In this document: positions 19,670 through 28,922 of the stretch, in pieces
Layout: each line of letters opens with the position of its first letter
Position numbering within the stretch: the first letter of the stretch is position 1
Assembly: GCA_965218585.1 (NCBI GenBank)
Contig: CBDCLE010000015.1
Span: 1-64,000 of the forward strand
DNA from: Terriglobia bacterium
GTDB lineage: Bacteria; Acidobacteriota; Terriglobia; 20CM-2-55-15
Direction of reading: 5' to 3'
DNA: 64,000 nucleotides
Notes under the pieces: model-generated
The model's input: only the letters and a program-made list of their open reading frames with translations
What the model was told of the DNA's origin: nothing
Database searches by the model: none
Program-made: the position numbers and the translations under genes

Positions 19670-20103
19670 TTACGAACAGGTTAATGGTTTCGATGGACCT
19701 CCGACCCTGGTTTCGATACCAAGACGCGGGCGTTCGGTGTTGTAGTGATGCAGCCAGGGATCGAGGTCGGCTTGGAGCGCAGCGACACTCTCGTAGAGGT
19801 TTCGCGCATCTTGATGCGGCAAAACTCGTCGAGGACGGTGCCGGTTCTCCGCTTCCAGCTCCCGCAGCCGCTTGGCCTCCGACACCGTCATCCCACCGTA
19901 CTTGGACTTCCACCGGTAGAACGTCTGCTCGCTGATCCCATGCCTCCGGCAGATCTCCCTACCGGTTGCTCCCGCCTCGCCTTCGGCCAGGATCTTGATG
20001 ATCTGTTCTTCTGAAAACTGCTTCCGTTTCATTGAGCTCTCCCGTGTTGTTCATTATGGGAAAACTCACTCTCCGGGTGGACCATTTTATTGGGGGGAGG
20101 TCA
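19670..20103 (-). pseudogene. IS3 orfA fused to an integrase-core remnant
   Basis: MKRKQFSEEQII...GISEQTFYRWKSKYGG then HYNTERP; IS-like end tgacctcccccc at ~20103. Confidence 0.8.
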
Positions 20104-20142
20104 AATGCAGCTTGTTGCTTCAAGACCAATGTCTCAGGTAGT

Positions 20143-21509
20143 GAGGTCGTTCCAATAAGTGTGTAAAAAGAAAAAGGCGGTGTACGCTTTCGGTGAACTA
20201 TTAACCGTAAGCAAATCCCGGGGCCAACCGGGAGAAAGGTACACCACCCATGGAGAAGAAGAACACACCGGAAGTAGCGGCGTCAACGAAGCAGTATGAG
20301 GTTCTGGAAGATTGGGCGCGATCACGAGTGCAGGATTGGCTCCAGGAACTTCTGGAAGACGAAGTGACGCAGTTCTTGGGTCGAAGGAAATCGGAGCGGA
20401 GTTCGGATCGGCGGGGCTACCGGAACGGTCACGGGAAACCGCGACGGTTTGCGATGATGAACGGTACGATGGAGGTTCGACGACCTCGGGTTCGAAACAC
20501 CGCCGAGCGGTTCGAGAGTCAGATCCTGCCGTATTTTCGACGGAAATCGAAACAGCTGGGCGAGCTACTTCCCGATCTCTACCTCCACGGCCTGGCCACA
20601 GGGGACTTCGAGCAGGCCATGCGCGGACTGCTTGGCGCTGGCGCTCCGTTGTCGCGAGCATCGATCCAACGACTGAAATCGACCTGGCAGTTGGAGTATG
20701 ACGAGTGGGTCCAGCAGGACCTGTCCGGCCTCGAGGTCGTGTACCAGTGGGCAGACGGCTTGTACGTGAAAGCGGGGATCGCGAAAGAACGGGCGGCACT
20801 ACTGGTGATCATCGCAGGCCTGTCAGACGGGCGTAAAGTGCTGTTGGCCTGTGAGAGCGGTCAGAGGGAGAGCAAGGAATCCTGGAGTCGTATTCTGCGG
20901 AACCTCAGGGATCGGGGTCTGAAGCTGGGACGACTGACCGTTGCCGATGGTCACCTGGGAATTTGGTCCGCCCTGGCCGAGCAACACCCCGAGGGCCAGG
21001 AACAACGCTGCTGGCACCACAAGTCGATCAACGTGGTCGATCATCTGCCGAAGACCGAGCAGCCCGCGGCCAGACAGCTGCTTCATGGGATGGCCTTCGC
21101 GAACTCCCGCGCGGCCTGCGAACGAAAGCGGGATCAGTTCGTCCGCCGATATGAGAAGAACTATCCCAAAGCGGGTGAGACGCTGTTGCGGGACTGGGAC
21201 CGGATGATTACTTTCTATGAGTTCCCGAAACAACACTGGGTGCATCTGAGAACGACCAACATCGTCGAGTCGCCCTTCGACATGGTTCGTCTCCGCACCA
21301 ACGCCGCTCGCCGATTCAAGCGTGTCGAGAATGCAACGGCAATGATTTGGAAGCTACTACGTGTCGCTGAGAAGGCTTGGCGACACTTAAAAGGATCCGA
21401 ACTCTTACAAGAGGTCTATGATGGTCAGCAATTCGCTGACGGCATCAGAGTCGTGATGAAATCGAAGGCCGCCGCCTGATGACTTTTACACACCTTTTGT
21501 AATGACCTC
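20143..21509 (+). mobile_element. IS256-family IS, copy 1
   Basis: IRs gaggtc...gtgtgtaaaa; 8 bp TSD caggtagt. Confidence 0.95.
20250..21479 (+). CDS. IS256 transposase
   Basis: YRNGHGKPR, WADGLY, VADGHLG, QRCWHH, RTTNIVES. Confidence 0.95.
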   Translation: MEKKNTPEVAASTKQYEVLEDWARSRVQDWLQELLEDEVTQFLGRRKSERSSDRRGYRNGHGKPRRFAMMNGTMEVRRPRVRNTAERFESQILPYFRRKSKQLGELLPDLYLHGLATGDFEQAMRGLLGAGAPLSRASIQRLKSTWQLEYDEWVQQDLSGLEVVYQWADGLYVKAGIAKERAALLVIIAGLSDGRKVLLACESGQRESKESWSRILRNLRDRGLKLGRLTVADGHLGIWSALAEQHPEGQEQRCWHHKSINVVDHLPKTEQPAARQLLHGMAFANSRAACERKRDQFVRRYEKNYPKAGETLLRDWDRMITFYEFPKQHWVHLRTTNIVESPFDMVRLRTNAARRFKRVENATAMIWKLLRVAEKAWRHLKGSELLQEVYDGQQFADGIRVVMKSKAAA

Positions 21510-21633
21510 CAGGTAGTTGCCCCTTAGACTAGCGTCACGTAGTGACCTTTGTGCTTCCTTCGGTATCGAAAATGAATTTCTACACGGCTCTAGGTGAAAC
21601 TTATCGAAGGGTTGAACTAAGCTGAGGGACAGT

Positions 21634-22320
21634 ATGCCAAAAGGCAAGAAACTCGTAATTGGTCATCTGGAGAAGATTTCTGGGAAAGTCATGGAGGACT
21701 ACCGCCCACTCATCCAGTCCCTCATTCGTGGCAAATCCGGTGTCTATGCCCTATACCACAACGACGCGCTTTACTACGTGGGACTGGCCAGCAATCTAAT
21801 GAATCGCCTAAACAGTCACCTCAAGGACCGCCACAGCGGAAAATGGAATCGCTTCAGTGTCTTCCTGACGGTCCACGACAGCCACATGAAAGAGTTGGAG
21901 TCGTTAGTGCTCCGTATAGTGAGCCCACGAGGCAATCGGGTTGGCGGCAAATTCGTTGAGTCCGAAAATCTGAGTCGGGTCCTTAATCGAGAGATGAAAG
22001 ATAATGACAAGGACAAGCGAGCGCGTTTGCTGGGTGGCGATGTCAAGAAACGACGTGTTAGATCGAAAACAGCAGAGGCCACAGGCAGTCATGGTTTGAA
22101 GGATGCGTTTGATCGTAGAGTGACACTTAAGGGCTGGCACAAGGGCTTCGAATACAATGCCTCCTTGCGTCGAGATGGTCGAATTTCCTTTTCCGGCGAG
22201 ACCTATAAATCCCCGAGTGCTGCTGGGGTTGCCGCTCGTGGCCGCAGCACGAATGGCTGGACATTTTGGCACTATCGACTGAAGAACGAGTGGGTCAAGC
22301 TCAGCACGCTACGCAAGTAA
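21634..22320 (+). CDS. GIY-YIG nuclease fused to a RAMA/DUF4357-like domain
   Basis: SGVYALY...YYVGLASNLMNRL...ELES; C-terminal YKSPSAAG...TNGWTFW. Confidence 0.85.
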   Translation: MPKGKKLVIGHLEKISGKVMEDYRPLIQSLIRGKSGVYALYHNDALYYVGLASNLMNRLNSHLKDRHSGKWNRFSVFLTVHDSHMKELESLVLRIVSPRGNRVGGKFVESENLSRVLNREMKDNDKDKRARLLGGDVKKRRVRSKTAEATGSHGLKDAFDRRVTLKGWHKGFEYNASLRRDGRISFSGETYKSPSAAGVAARGRSTNGWTFWHYRLKNEWVKLSTLRK

Positions 22321-22487
22321 CGCAAGGCTACCGTAGCCGCGCCTGCCCGACCCGACCCAATTGTCCCAGTGATTCCTATCCCGGCTGGATTGGGCGCAGT
22401 CTTTCATATTGCTTTCGACCATACAGCTACTGGAAGGGCCAGTGTAGAATGAGCCGACCACGGCCCAGCAGCGTCAACTTGTGACTT

Positions 22488-22880
22488 AGCAAAGGCATTC
22501 GACCTGTTCCTTGAAACCTATGAGCCGAAGTACCCCAAGGCGACCGTCTGCCTGCAGAAAGACAGAGAAGAACTGCTGGCTTTTTACAGCTTCCCGGCCC
22601 CGCACTGGCAGAGCATCCGGACCACCATCCGATTGAGTCGACTTTTGCCACCATTCGCCACCGGACCAAGCGATCCAGAGGCTGCCTGACACGGGATGGC
22701 ATGCTGCACATGATGTGCAAGCTGGGCCAGTGCGTCGAGAAGCGCTGGCGGCGACTACGAGGATTCCATGATCTGGCCAAGGTCATTACTGGGTGAAATT
22801 CAACGATGGAATCGAAGTGTCCAACGTTGACCAGACCGCCGCTTGAATCAATCGTCAAACACCACTTTGGACAATAACTC
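22488..22880 (+). pseudogene. Degenerate IS256 3' remnant
   Basis: KYPKATVCLQKDREELLAFYSFPAPHWQSIRTT with frameshifts; end acaccactttggacaataactc. Confidence 0.8.
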
Positions 22881-23140
22881 TTCTCGTTTACCAACTGAGT
22901 CGACACGTATCCACGCTCTCTTAGCGCACAGACCCTAAATGTCGTCGTTCTCTTGGGGCCAACGTCAGCGCGTTACAGTTTACGGTGCCGCTGCGAACCC
23001 TTCGATCAGCTCGACCATCGGCAAGAGAATCTGTGTCTCGTTCTCTCCCAGATATTCCGCGAGCAACCGTCTGTCGCCGCATGGTTCATTATTCGATATG
23101 CTTCCATCTGGGCGGTTCCGCCGTTCAAGATTTTCCCACC

Positions 23141-26100
23141 CTACTTGCGGTCTTCGCCTGTTAACAGTTTTGGGTCGGATATTTTGATCCCTAGCCGATC
23201 GCATACCCGCTGCCTAATACTACGGGAAACCGGAAATAGATAGAGATGATGAACAACCAGCGCGCGGAGGATCGATGATGTAAAGAGGTCCTTGTGAACG
23301 TTTTCATACATCAGAACAGCATCATCCAGAGGAAATTCCTCAAAGTGATCTAGCTTTATGGACAGGTTGACTAGCGAGATTGATATAGGCACTCTGTGAT
23401 CGGATACTTCCTGGAAGGTTTCGGCGAGGTACTGTGAACCAACGGCGTGCGATATTCGCTTAATCATTCCAAACGCGACGGCGGAAGTAAGGCGATACAG
23501 AACGAAATCGACATCGTTATCAAGCTTCTTTTCGTCACTGAGACCATGTGTCCGCAGTACTTCCTTGAATGCCCCCTTGAGTTCCGACATGTTCGAGCGA
23601 ATGAGTTCATAGAAGAAGCCGAGAACCCTCAATCCGAGAAGGTAGCTTTCTCTTGCAATCGCCACCTTGATGTCCCCGGCCAGAGATCCAGGGAAGTTGC
23701 GTAACACTTGTCCCATAATTTGTAATGTTTTGAACGCTTCGTTTAGCTTGATCACTCCTTCCAGTTGATCCCCTTCTTCCAATGTTAGATGTTCGTCGGT
23801 CTCGTCTCCAGATTTGTCTAGTGCACCACGGTACCGTTCCCTATGGCTTCTGATGTCACCATCAACAAGCACCATCTGCGGTTGTACGGTGATTAACTCC
23901 CGCGTGAAGGTCAGATCGCTCTCAAAGTTACAAGGCGGTGACTCAACATAAAGCGACTGTGCCCTCTTCAAGAGCGACCTGATTGATTCTTCATCCTTCG
24001 TTAGATATATAAAAAAGATAATGATGTTTGCGTGTTCTTCGACATGAAGCGCCCCTATGAGCCTTGAGACCAATGTGCGGATTTCAGCCGCGGCACTCTG
24101 TCGATACACGTTTTCAGATAAATACTTTGCGGCGAAATAGTAATAGATGTACTTGTAATAGAAACGCCCTACGCCAGTCTCGTTCCAAACAAAAATTCGT
24201 GCGTCCCGAAGCACCCGAAGCATCTCATCTCTGTTGGGTGCGACCTTGTGCTTCTTACGATAAGCTTCAAGGGTCGAATCAAAGTTAGCCGGGGATAAAG
24301 TCGCCAGTCTCTCCGTAAACATTTTGTATGCAATGGAACCCACAAATGTATAGATAGTGTCATGTGGTATAGCTCCCGATTTATTGTGGAGCGCCGCTGT
24401 TATTAGAGCTTCATAGTAATAGCCGTAAGATCCGGAAGCCGTGTGGAGGGCCTGCTGCGACTCGTATGTTTGTAGGATGATTAGGACAAAAATCGGATAT
24501 GACGGCAGCAGGTTCTTGCCTAATAGCTCACGAATCTGCAGTTCAAGCATATCGACTTTCTGTGTAAGCGCACGTTCATCTGAGTTGTATTCTTGGCCTA
24601 AGCCGATCCACCTATCAATCAACGCCCCGCGTAGTCTGTGTCCCATTTGGCGGAGCTTGAAGGTTGAAAAGGCAATAAATCCGACGGCCTCTGGCCGTGT
24701 TTGCGTCAGTTCACTAAGAAAAAACGACTCATGGGCAAGCGCTATGATGTTCCCAAAGCGAGGACGTAGATTGTTTATGAGGGCCTCCTGCCCCGACTGG
24801 TTTATCTTTGCGTCCTGGAGGTCGTCTATGATTAACACTTTTTCACTTGAGGGGTGCTGCTGGTAGGCCTCGACAAAAGCCTCGCCGTATTGTTCTGACA
24901 CTGCTTCGGCGATGACGGACTTCAGGGCTTCTTCGTCATGCCCCGTTTTCAGCGAACGGCCCTGTAACAAAAGCGGCGTGAGCCTCTTACCTTGTAATCC
25001 GAGGTACAGAGCCTTTGCTAGCGCTGTCTTTCCGGCCCGATCTGATCCAAGGATGAGAGTTTCAGGCAGGGGTTCATCAATCAAACTGCGGCTGCCAACG
25101 ATGTCGTCGGTTTGCGCCAATTTGCCAGATTTCCACGCATTAGTTGAAAGCCTATCGAGGTCTGGATAAATGAACAGATCTTCAAGGAAGATCGTCTCCT
25201 TACGAGGATGTGTAAGGGCGGCACCTAAGTCGGTTAAATCGCTTGTAAATTGTCCCGTGTTGGTAAGGAGCGATGACCGATGAGCACGTCCAAACGGTAT
25301 CCAGTGTGGCTGCGTGGACAGGCGGTAGCCATTCTTCGCCCAATGCCAAGCCACACTCTGTTGCCGTGAATCTTTGAGATCGATAACAATAGCTGAGAAT
25401 CCACTATCCAATCCATCAACTTCCTGAAGAAGAAATCCCTCCATATATTCGCTTGTGTGCCCAGCAAACGAGTCCTTCCGATAGCGATCGTGGACATGCT
25501 CGTGGCCTGTCAGGATGATATCGGTGTTTGCTTCTACATGTTTCTTGAACGATCTGGCATTGTCTGATTCAAACCATCGGAACGGGTGGTGTAACAACGC
25601 GACAACGAGATCTGCCTGTGAATCTCCACCGTCATTAACCAAGTGGATCGGAAAGAAGAGGCGGCCCTGCTTTTCTTGAAGTTCCGACATCCATGCCGTG
25701 TTGAAACAGCGGAATACTACGGTCTTGCCAGCGACTGAAACAGAGCGTTCATTGTAGAGTTGACGCGTTTCAGTTAGTTCATTTCCACCAAAGATGGAGA
25801 TGAATCGAAAATACTCCTTCTGTGGCTCCAAACATTTACTGACTATTTCTCGGCTAATATCGGAAAGGTCACCGCCGCTGCGGATTGTGTTTTGGATGAT
25901 CGCTTGGCGGATGCTGTTTGGTTGGCTGAAGTCGCAATCATGGTTCCCCGGGACAAAGACGAAGCTATCTGGGCCAAAAGGAAAGTCAGTCATCGCTTCC
26001 TGCAGTGCCGAAACAAAATCCAACGCAACGGAATACTCCTCTGCGTTGCCGGAACAAGCAATATCGCCCGTGATTGCCACAAAGCAGGCATCGAATTGAA

Positions 26101-26215
26101 ATTCCGATAGACTTCGAAAGGCCCCAGCTATCTGTTCCGTTCTTTCAAGAACCGGATTACTGTCAGGGGCCCTGCGGAAATGGATATCGCTAAGATGCAG
26201 AATCGCAAGTTTCAT
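23141..26215 (-). CDS. Calcineurin-like metallophosphoesterase fused to a STAND-type P-loop NTPase and helical C-terminus
   Basis: LHLSDIH, TGD, PGNHD, HHP, GHEH; Walker A GSDRAGKT; Walker B VLIIDD; 1024 aa. Confidence 0.9.
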   Translation of the reverse strand: MKLAILHLSDIHFRRAPDSNPVLERTEQIAGAFRSLSEFQFDACFVAITGDIACSGNAEEYSVALDFVSALQEAMTDFPFGPDSFVFVPGNHDCDFSQPNSIRQAIIQNTIRSGGDLSDISREIVSKCLEPQKEYFRFISIFGGNELTETRQLYNERSVSVAGKTVVFRCFNTAWMSELQEKQGRLFFPIHLVNDGGDSQADLVVALLHHPFRWFESDNARSFKKHVEANTDIILTGHEHVHDRYRKDSFAGHTSEYMEGFLLQEVDGLDSGFSAIVIDLKDSRQQSVAWHWAKNGYRLSTQPHWIPFGRAHRSSLLTNTGQFTSDLTDLGAALTHPRKETIFLEDLFIYPDLDRLSTNAWKSGKLAQTDDIVGSRSLIDEPLPETLILGSDRAGKTALAKALYLGLQGKRLTPLLLQGRSLKTGHDEEALKSVIAEAVSEQYGEAFVEAYQQHPSSEKVLIIDDLQDAKINQSGQEALINNLRPRFGNIIALAHESFFLSELTQTRPEAVGFIAFSTFKLRQMGHRLRGALIDRWIGLGQEYNSDERALTQKVDMLELQIRELLGKNLLPSYPIFVLIILQTYESQQALHTASGSYGYYYEALITAALHNKSGAIPHDTIYTFVGSIAYKMFTERLATLSPANFDSTLEAYRKKHKVAPNRDEMLRVLRDARIFVWNETGVGRFYYKYIYYYFAAKYLSENVYRQSAAAEIRTLVSRLIGALHVEEHANIIIFFIYLTKDEESIRSLLKRAQSLYVESPPCNFESDLTFTRELITVQPQMVLVDGDIRSHRERYRGALDKSGDETDEHLTLEEGDQLEGVIKLNEAFKTLQIMGQVLRNFPGSLAGDIKVAIARESYLLGLRVLGFFYELIRSNMSELKGAFKEVLRTHGLSDEKKLDNDVDFVLYRLTSAVAFGMIKRISHAVGSQYLAETFQEVSDHRVPISISLVNLSIKLDHFEEFPLDDAVLMYENVHKDLFTSSILRALVVHHLYLFPVSRSIRQRVCDRLGIKISDPKLLTGEDRK

Positions 26216-26288
26216 TTGGTTGGTCTACTGTACTGCCTAGCAGCCCGAGGCAAAAGGGGGATTTTCTGACACGGCAGCAACGTCGGGC

Positions 26289-26430
26289 TCAATCCTCGGC
26301 GGTCACTTGAAAACCGGCCAACGATAGAGGCGCGGGACATTGATCCTGGCGCAGTACTCTGTCGGCATGAGCAATATCTTGAGCGCCGAAAAACGAGCAC
26401 AAGTTGTTGCACCGGGGGCGGCTTGGATGG
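26289..26430 (+). pseudogene. IS21-like left end and istA start remnant
   Basis: ggtcacttgaaaaccggcca and MSNILSAEKRAQVVA. Confidence 0.55.
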
Positions 26431-27022
26431 CCGTTGCGACGGAGCGAAGAGACGATCGGTCGTGGGGTCTTTTGAAATCTCATTCGACCGAGATGTACCC
26501 AGCCTCAACAGCTTTCCAGATCAAGTCTCAAGTCTCGCGCTCGAATTCCTCCCGTGTTCTCTGCGCTTGGAGACGCTCAAGATCGGCGAGCCTCTGACAC
26601 TCCAAATCGTGGAAGGCAGTGAGATCGTCGGCCATACAAGAAAAAACGTGCGAGCAAGATTTCAGAAGACCCATTATGCCCCTATCACAACTATCACAAG
26701 CTCAAATGTAAAAACTTTTACACGCCGGTTTTCGGCTAAAATTTTTGCGAACCCTGCACAGAGTCCGACCTAATCAACAACGCAATTCGCCCAGCCGGAC
26801 AATAAAACGGGTTTGGCGCGGGGGCGCGTTTTCTTTCGGAACGTTTCGTGGCAGGCAAACGCGACGGAATTGTGACGCGGATTGTGACGTAACCCCTCTT
26901 GGATTACCGATTCTGACTGTCTGATAGGGATTGTTACTGGCTAGATACGAAAACGCTGAAACCCTTGTCTGATAAGGGCTCCAACGCATTCGGTGTTTCT
27001 CAGTGATTGTCCCGCCGGGCAA

Positions 27023-27064
27023 TTTCCAAGCGTGCTCCTTCGGCCTCTCGGACATCTCTCCAAA
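27023..27064 (-). repeat. att site: displaced 5' half of tRNA-Ser
   Basis: Identical to 6922-6963; identity ends at the anticodon loop. Confidence 0.95.
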
Positions 27065-27362
27065 GCACTCATAACAGACGGTATTTTGAGCTGTTTGCTC
27101 GGCCGGAAAAGCGCCTGTCGACAACTTGCGACGACGTGGAGATTTATCACCGGCGAGTGCCGTGATGATTGTAGGTCTCAGGTTATCGAACCGCAACCCT
27201 CGTCGCTCAAGCGTTCCGTTGACTTATTCCGGCAACGGGCGTGCCGCCGCCGGCCGATTGCCGGGACCCGAACATCTTGCCTACCATGTCTTTGAGGCGT
27301 ATATAATACGGTCGTCAATTTTCTAACAGAACTAGGCGGGCGTACCCGACTTGGAGGCAAGA

Positions 27363-28856
27363 ATGATCCGAAAAGTGATGATGGTCGCAATGGTCGCAGC
27401 ATTGGTATCGATGGGCTGTGCGGCTACAGAAACCGAAGAAGGGGCCGACGCCCCGGAAGTAGAAGCCACACCTATTGATGCCGGAGCCGTAATCGCCGCT
27501 GCCTCGGAGGCAATGGGCGTGAACGACCTCGATTCGATTATGTACTCAGGAACCGCGTACAACATCGGATTCGGGCAGACGCAGAACATTAACGGACCGT
27601 ACGACGGCATGGGTATCGACGTCGACGAATACGTCCGCACGATCGATCTCGATATGGCTGCGCCGAGATCCTTTGCTACAGGATCAACCTTTGCTCCTTT
27701 CCGCGGCGGTCCGCCCCAAGCTGGAAGGTACAACATGAACGTGACTTCTGAATCCGGATGGGCGCAGCAGATGGAAATCTGGCTCACCCCTTGGGGGTTC
27801 TTGAAGGGCGCCGCGGCCAACAATGCAACTGGAACCCGCGAGCCGCGCGGTGACAACATGTTCAACATCGTCCGGTGGTCACCGCCCTCTCCAACCTCTC
27901 AGTCGGGAGAGCAGTATGAGATCTGGGGCTTCATCAATGATGACAACATGATTGTTGGAATCGAAAGTTGGGTCGAAGACGCTGTTGCGGGAGACCTCGA
28001 GGTCCAGCAGCGGTTTGAGGATTACCAGGAATTCGATGGCGTGATGGTGCCGACGACCATGTTTCAGAACAGGATGGGCCGCGAGACGTTTCGTGCCAAC
28101 ATCACTGATGCGACGATACACCCGGCAGATCTCGAAGATCAGTTTGCTGCAGCTCCCGCGGGCCGGGGCCGCGGCGGAGGTGGTGGTGCGCCCCCGCCGG
28201 TGGAAGCCGAAGAACTCGGGCGTGGGGTTTACCGCATCACGCAGGGATACGAAGCGTTGGCCGTCGAGTTCGAGGACTACATCGCTATCTTCGAAGGCGG
28301 TGGGAACCCAGCCCGCGGTCAGGCTGTGATCGATGCAACCCGGAACGCGATCCCCGGTAAGGAAATCCGTTACGTGATCAATTCACATCCCCACTTTGAT
28401 CATGCCGGTGGTTTGGCGCCCTTCGTCGCCGAAGGCATCACGATTCTGACGCACGAGAACAACGTGGAGTTTCTCGCCGAGGCACTGGGAAATCCCCGGA
28501 CTCTGGTAGGCGACACGCTGGCTACGGCCATGACCGAGCCCACGGTCGAAGGCGTTGGTGATCTGCTGGTTCTGGAAGACGAAACAGGGCAGAGGCTGGA
28601 GATGCATTACGTCCGGGGCAACGATCATACCGACGGTATGCTCGTGGCTTACGTGCCTGAGGTGGATGGGGGGCTCTTGTTCCAAGCGGACTTCACGCTG
28701 CCCGCGCCGGGTGACGACCCCAATCCCTATGTGGTCGCTCTTGCCGACAACGTCGAGCGGCTGGGACTGGAATTTAACCGGTACTACGCCGTCCACGCTC
28801 AATTTCAGCCGGGGCCGGAATTCTACGACGACCTGATGGCGCATACGAGCCAGTAG
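27363..28856 (+). CDS. MBL-fold metallo-hydrolase lipoprotein
   Basis: Signal peptide with lipobox-like SMGC; NSHPHFDH; HTDGML; QADF. Confidence 0.88.
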   Translation: MIRKVMMVAMVAALVSMGCAATETEEGADAPEVEATPIDAGAVIAAASEAMGVNDLDSIMYSGTAYNIGFGQTQNINGPYDGMGIDVDEYVRTIDLDMAAPRSFATGSTFAPFRGGPPQAGRYNMNVTSESGWAQQMEIWLTPWGFLKGAAANNATGTREPRGDNMFNIVRWSPPSPTSQSGEQYEIWGFINDDNMIVGIESWVEDAVAGDLEVQQRFEDYQEFDGVMVPTTMFQNRMGRETFRANITDATIHPADLEDQFAAAPAGRGRGGGGGAPPPVEAEELGRGVYRITQGYEALAVEFEDYIAIFEGGGNPARGQAVIDATRNAIPGKEIRYVINSHPHFDHAGGLAPFVAEGITILTHENNVEFLAEALGNPRTLVGDTLATAMTEPTVEGVGDLLVLEDETGQRLEMHYVRGNDHTDGMLVAYVPEVDGGLLFQADFTLPAPGDDPNPYVVALADNVERLGLEFNRYYAVHAQFQPGPEFYDDLMAHTSQ

Positions 28857-28879
28857 TCCAGGTTAGTCTGAAACCGTTC

Positions 28880-28910
28880 GGAGGAGGCGGGTGCCCACCT
28901 GTCTCCTCCG
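28880..28910. terminator. Hairpin between convergent genes
   Basis: ggaggaggcgggtgcccacctgtctcctcc. Confidence 0.6.
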
Positions 28911-28922
28911 CTCAGTTTGCGG

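Larger units (their letters stand above)
6922..27064. mobile_element. ~20 kb integrative island (phage-satellite-like) in tRNA-Ser
   Basis: 42 bp direct repeat at 6922-6963 and 27023-27064; integrase adjacent; arm-like repeats near both ends; lower-GC cargo. Confidence 0.93.

Noticed and set aside
27023-27064. Second tRNA-Ser gene
   Set aside because: Only the 5' half is present; no T-arm; it is the att repeat
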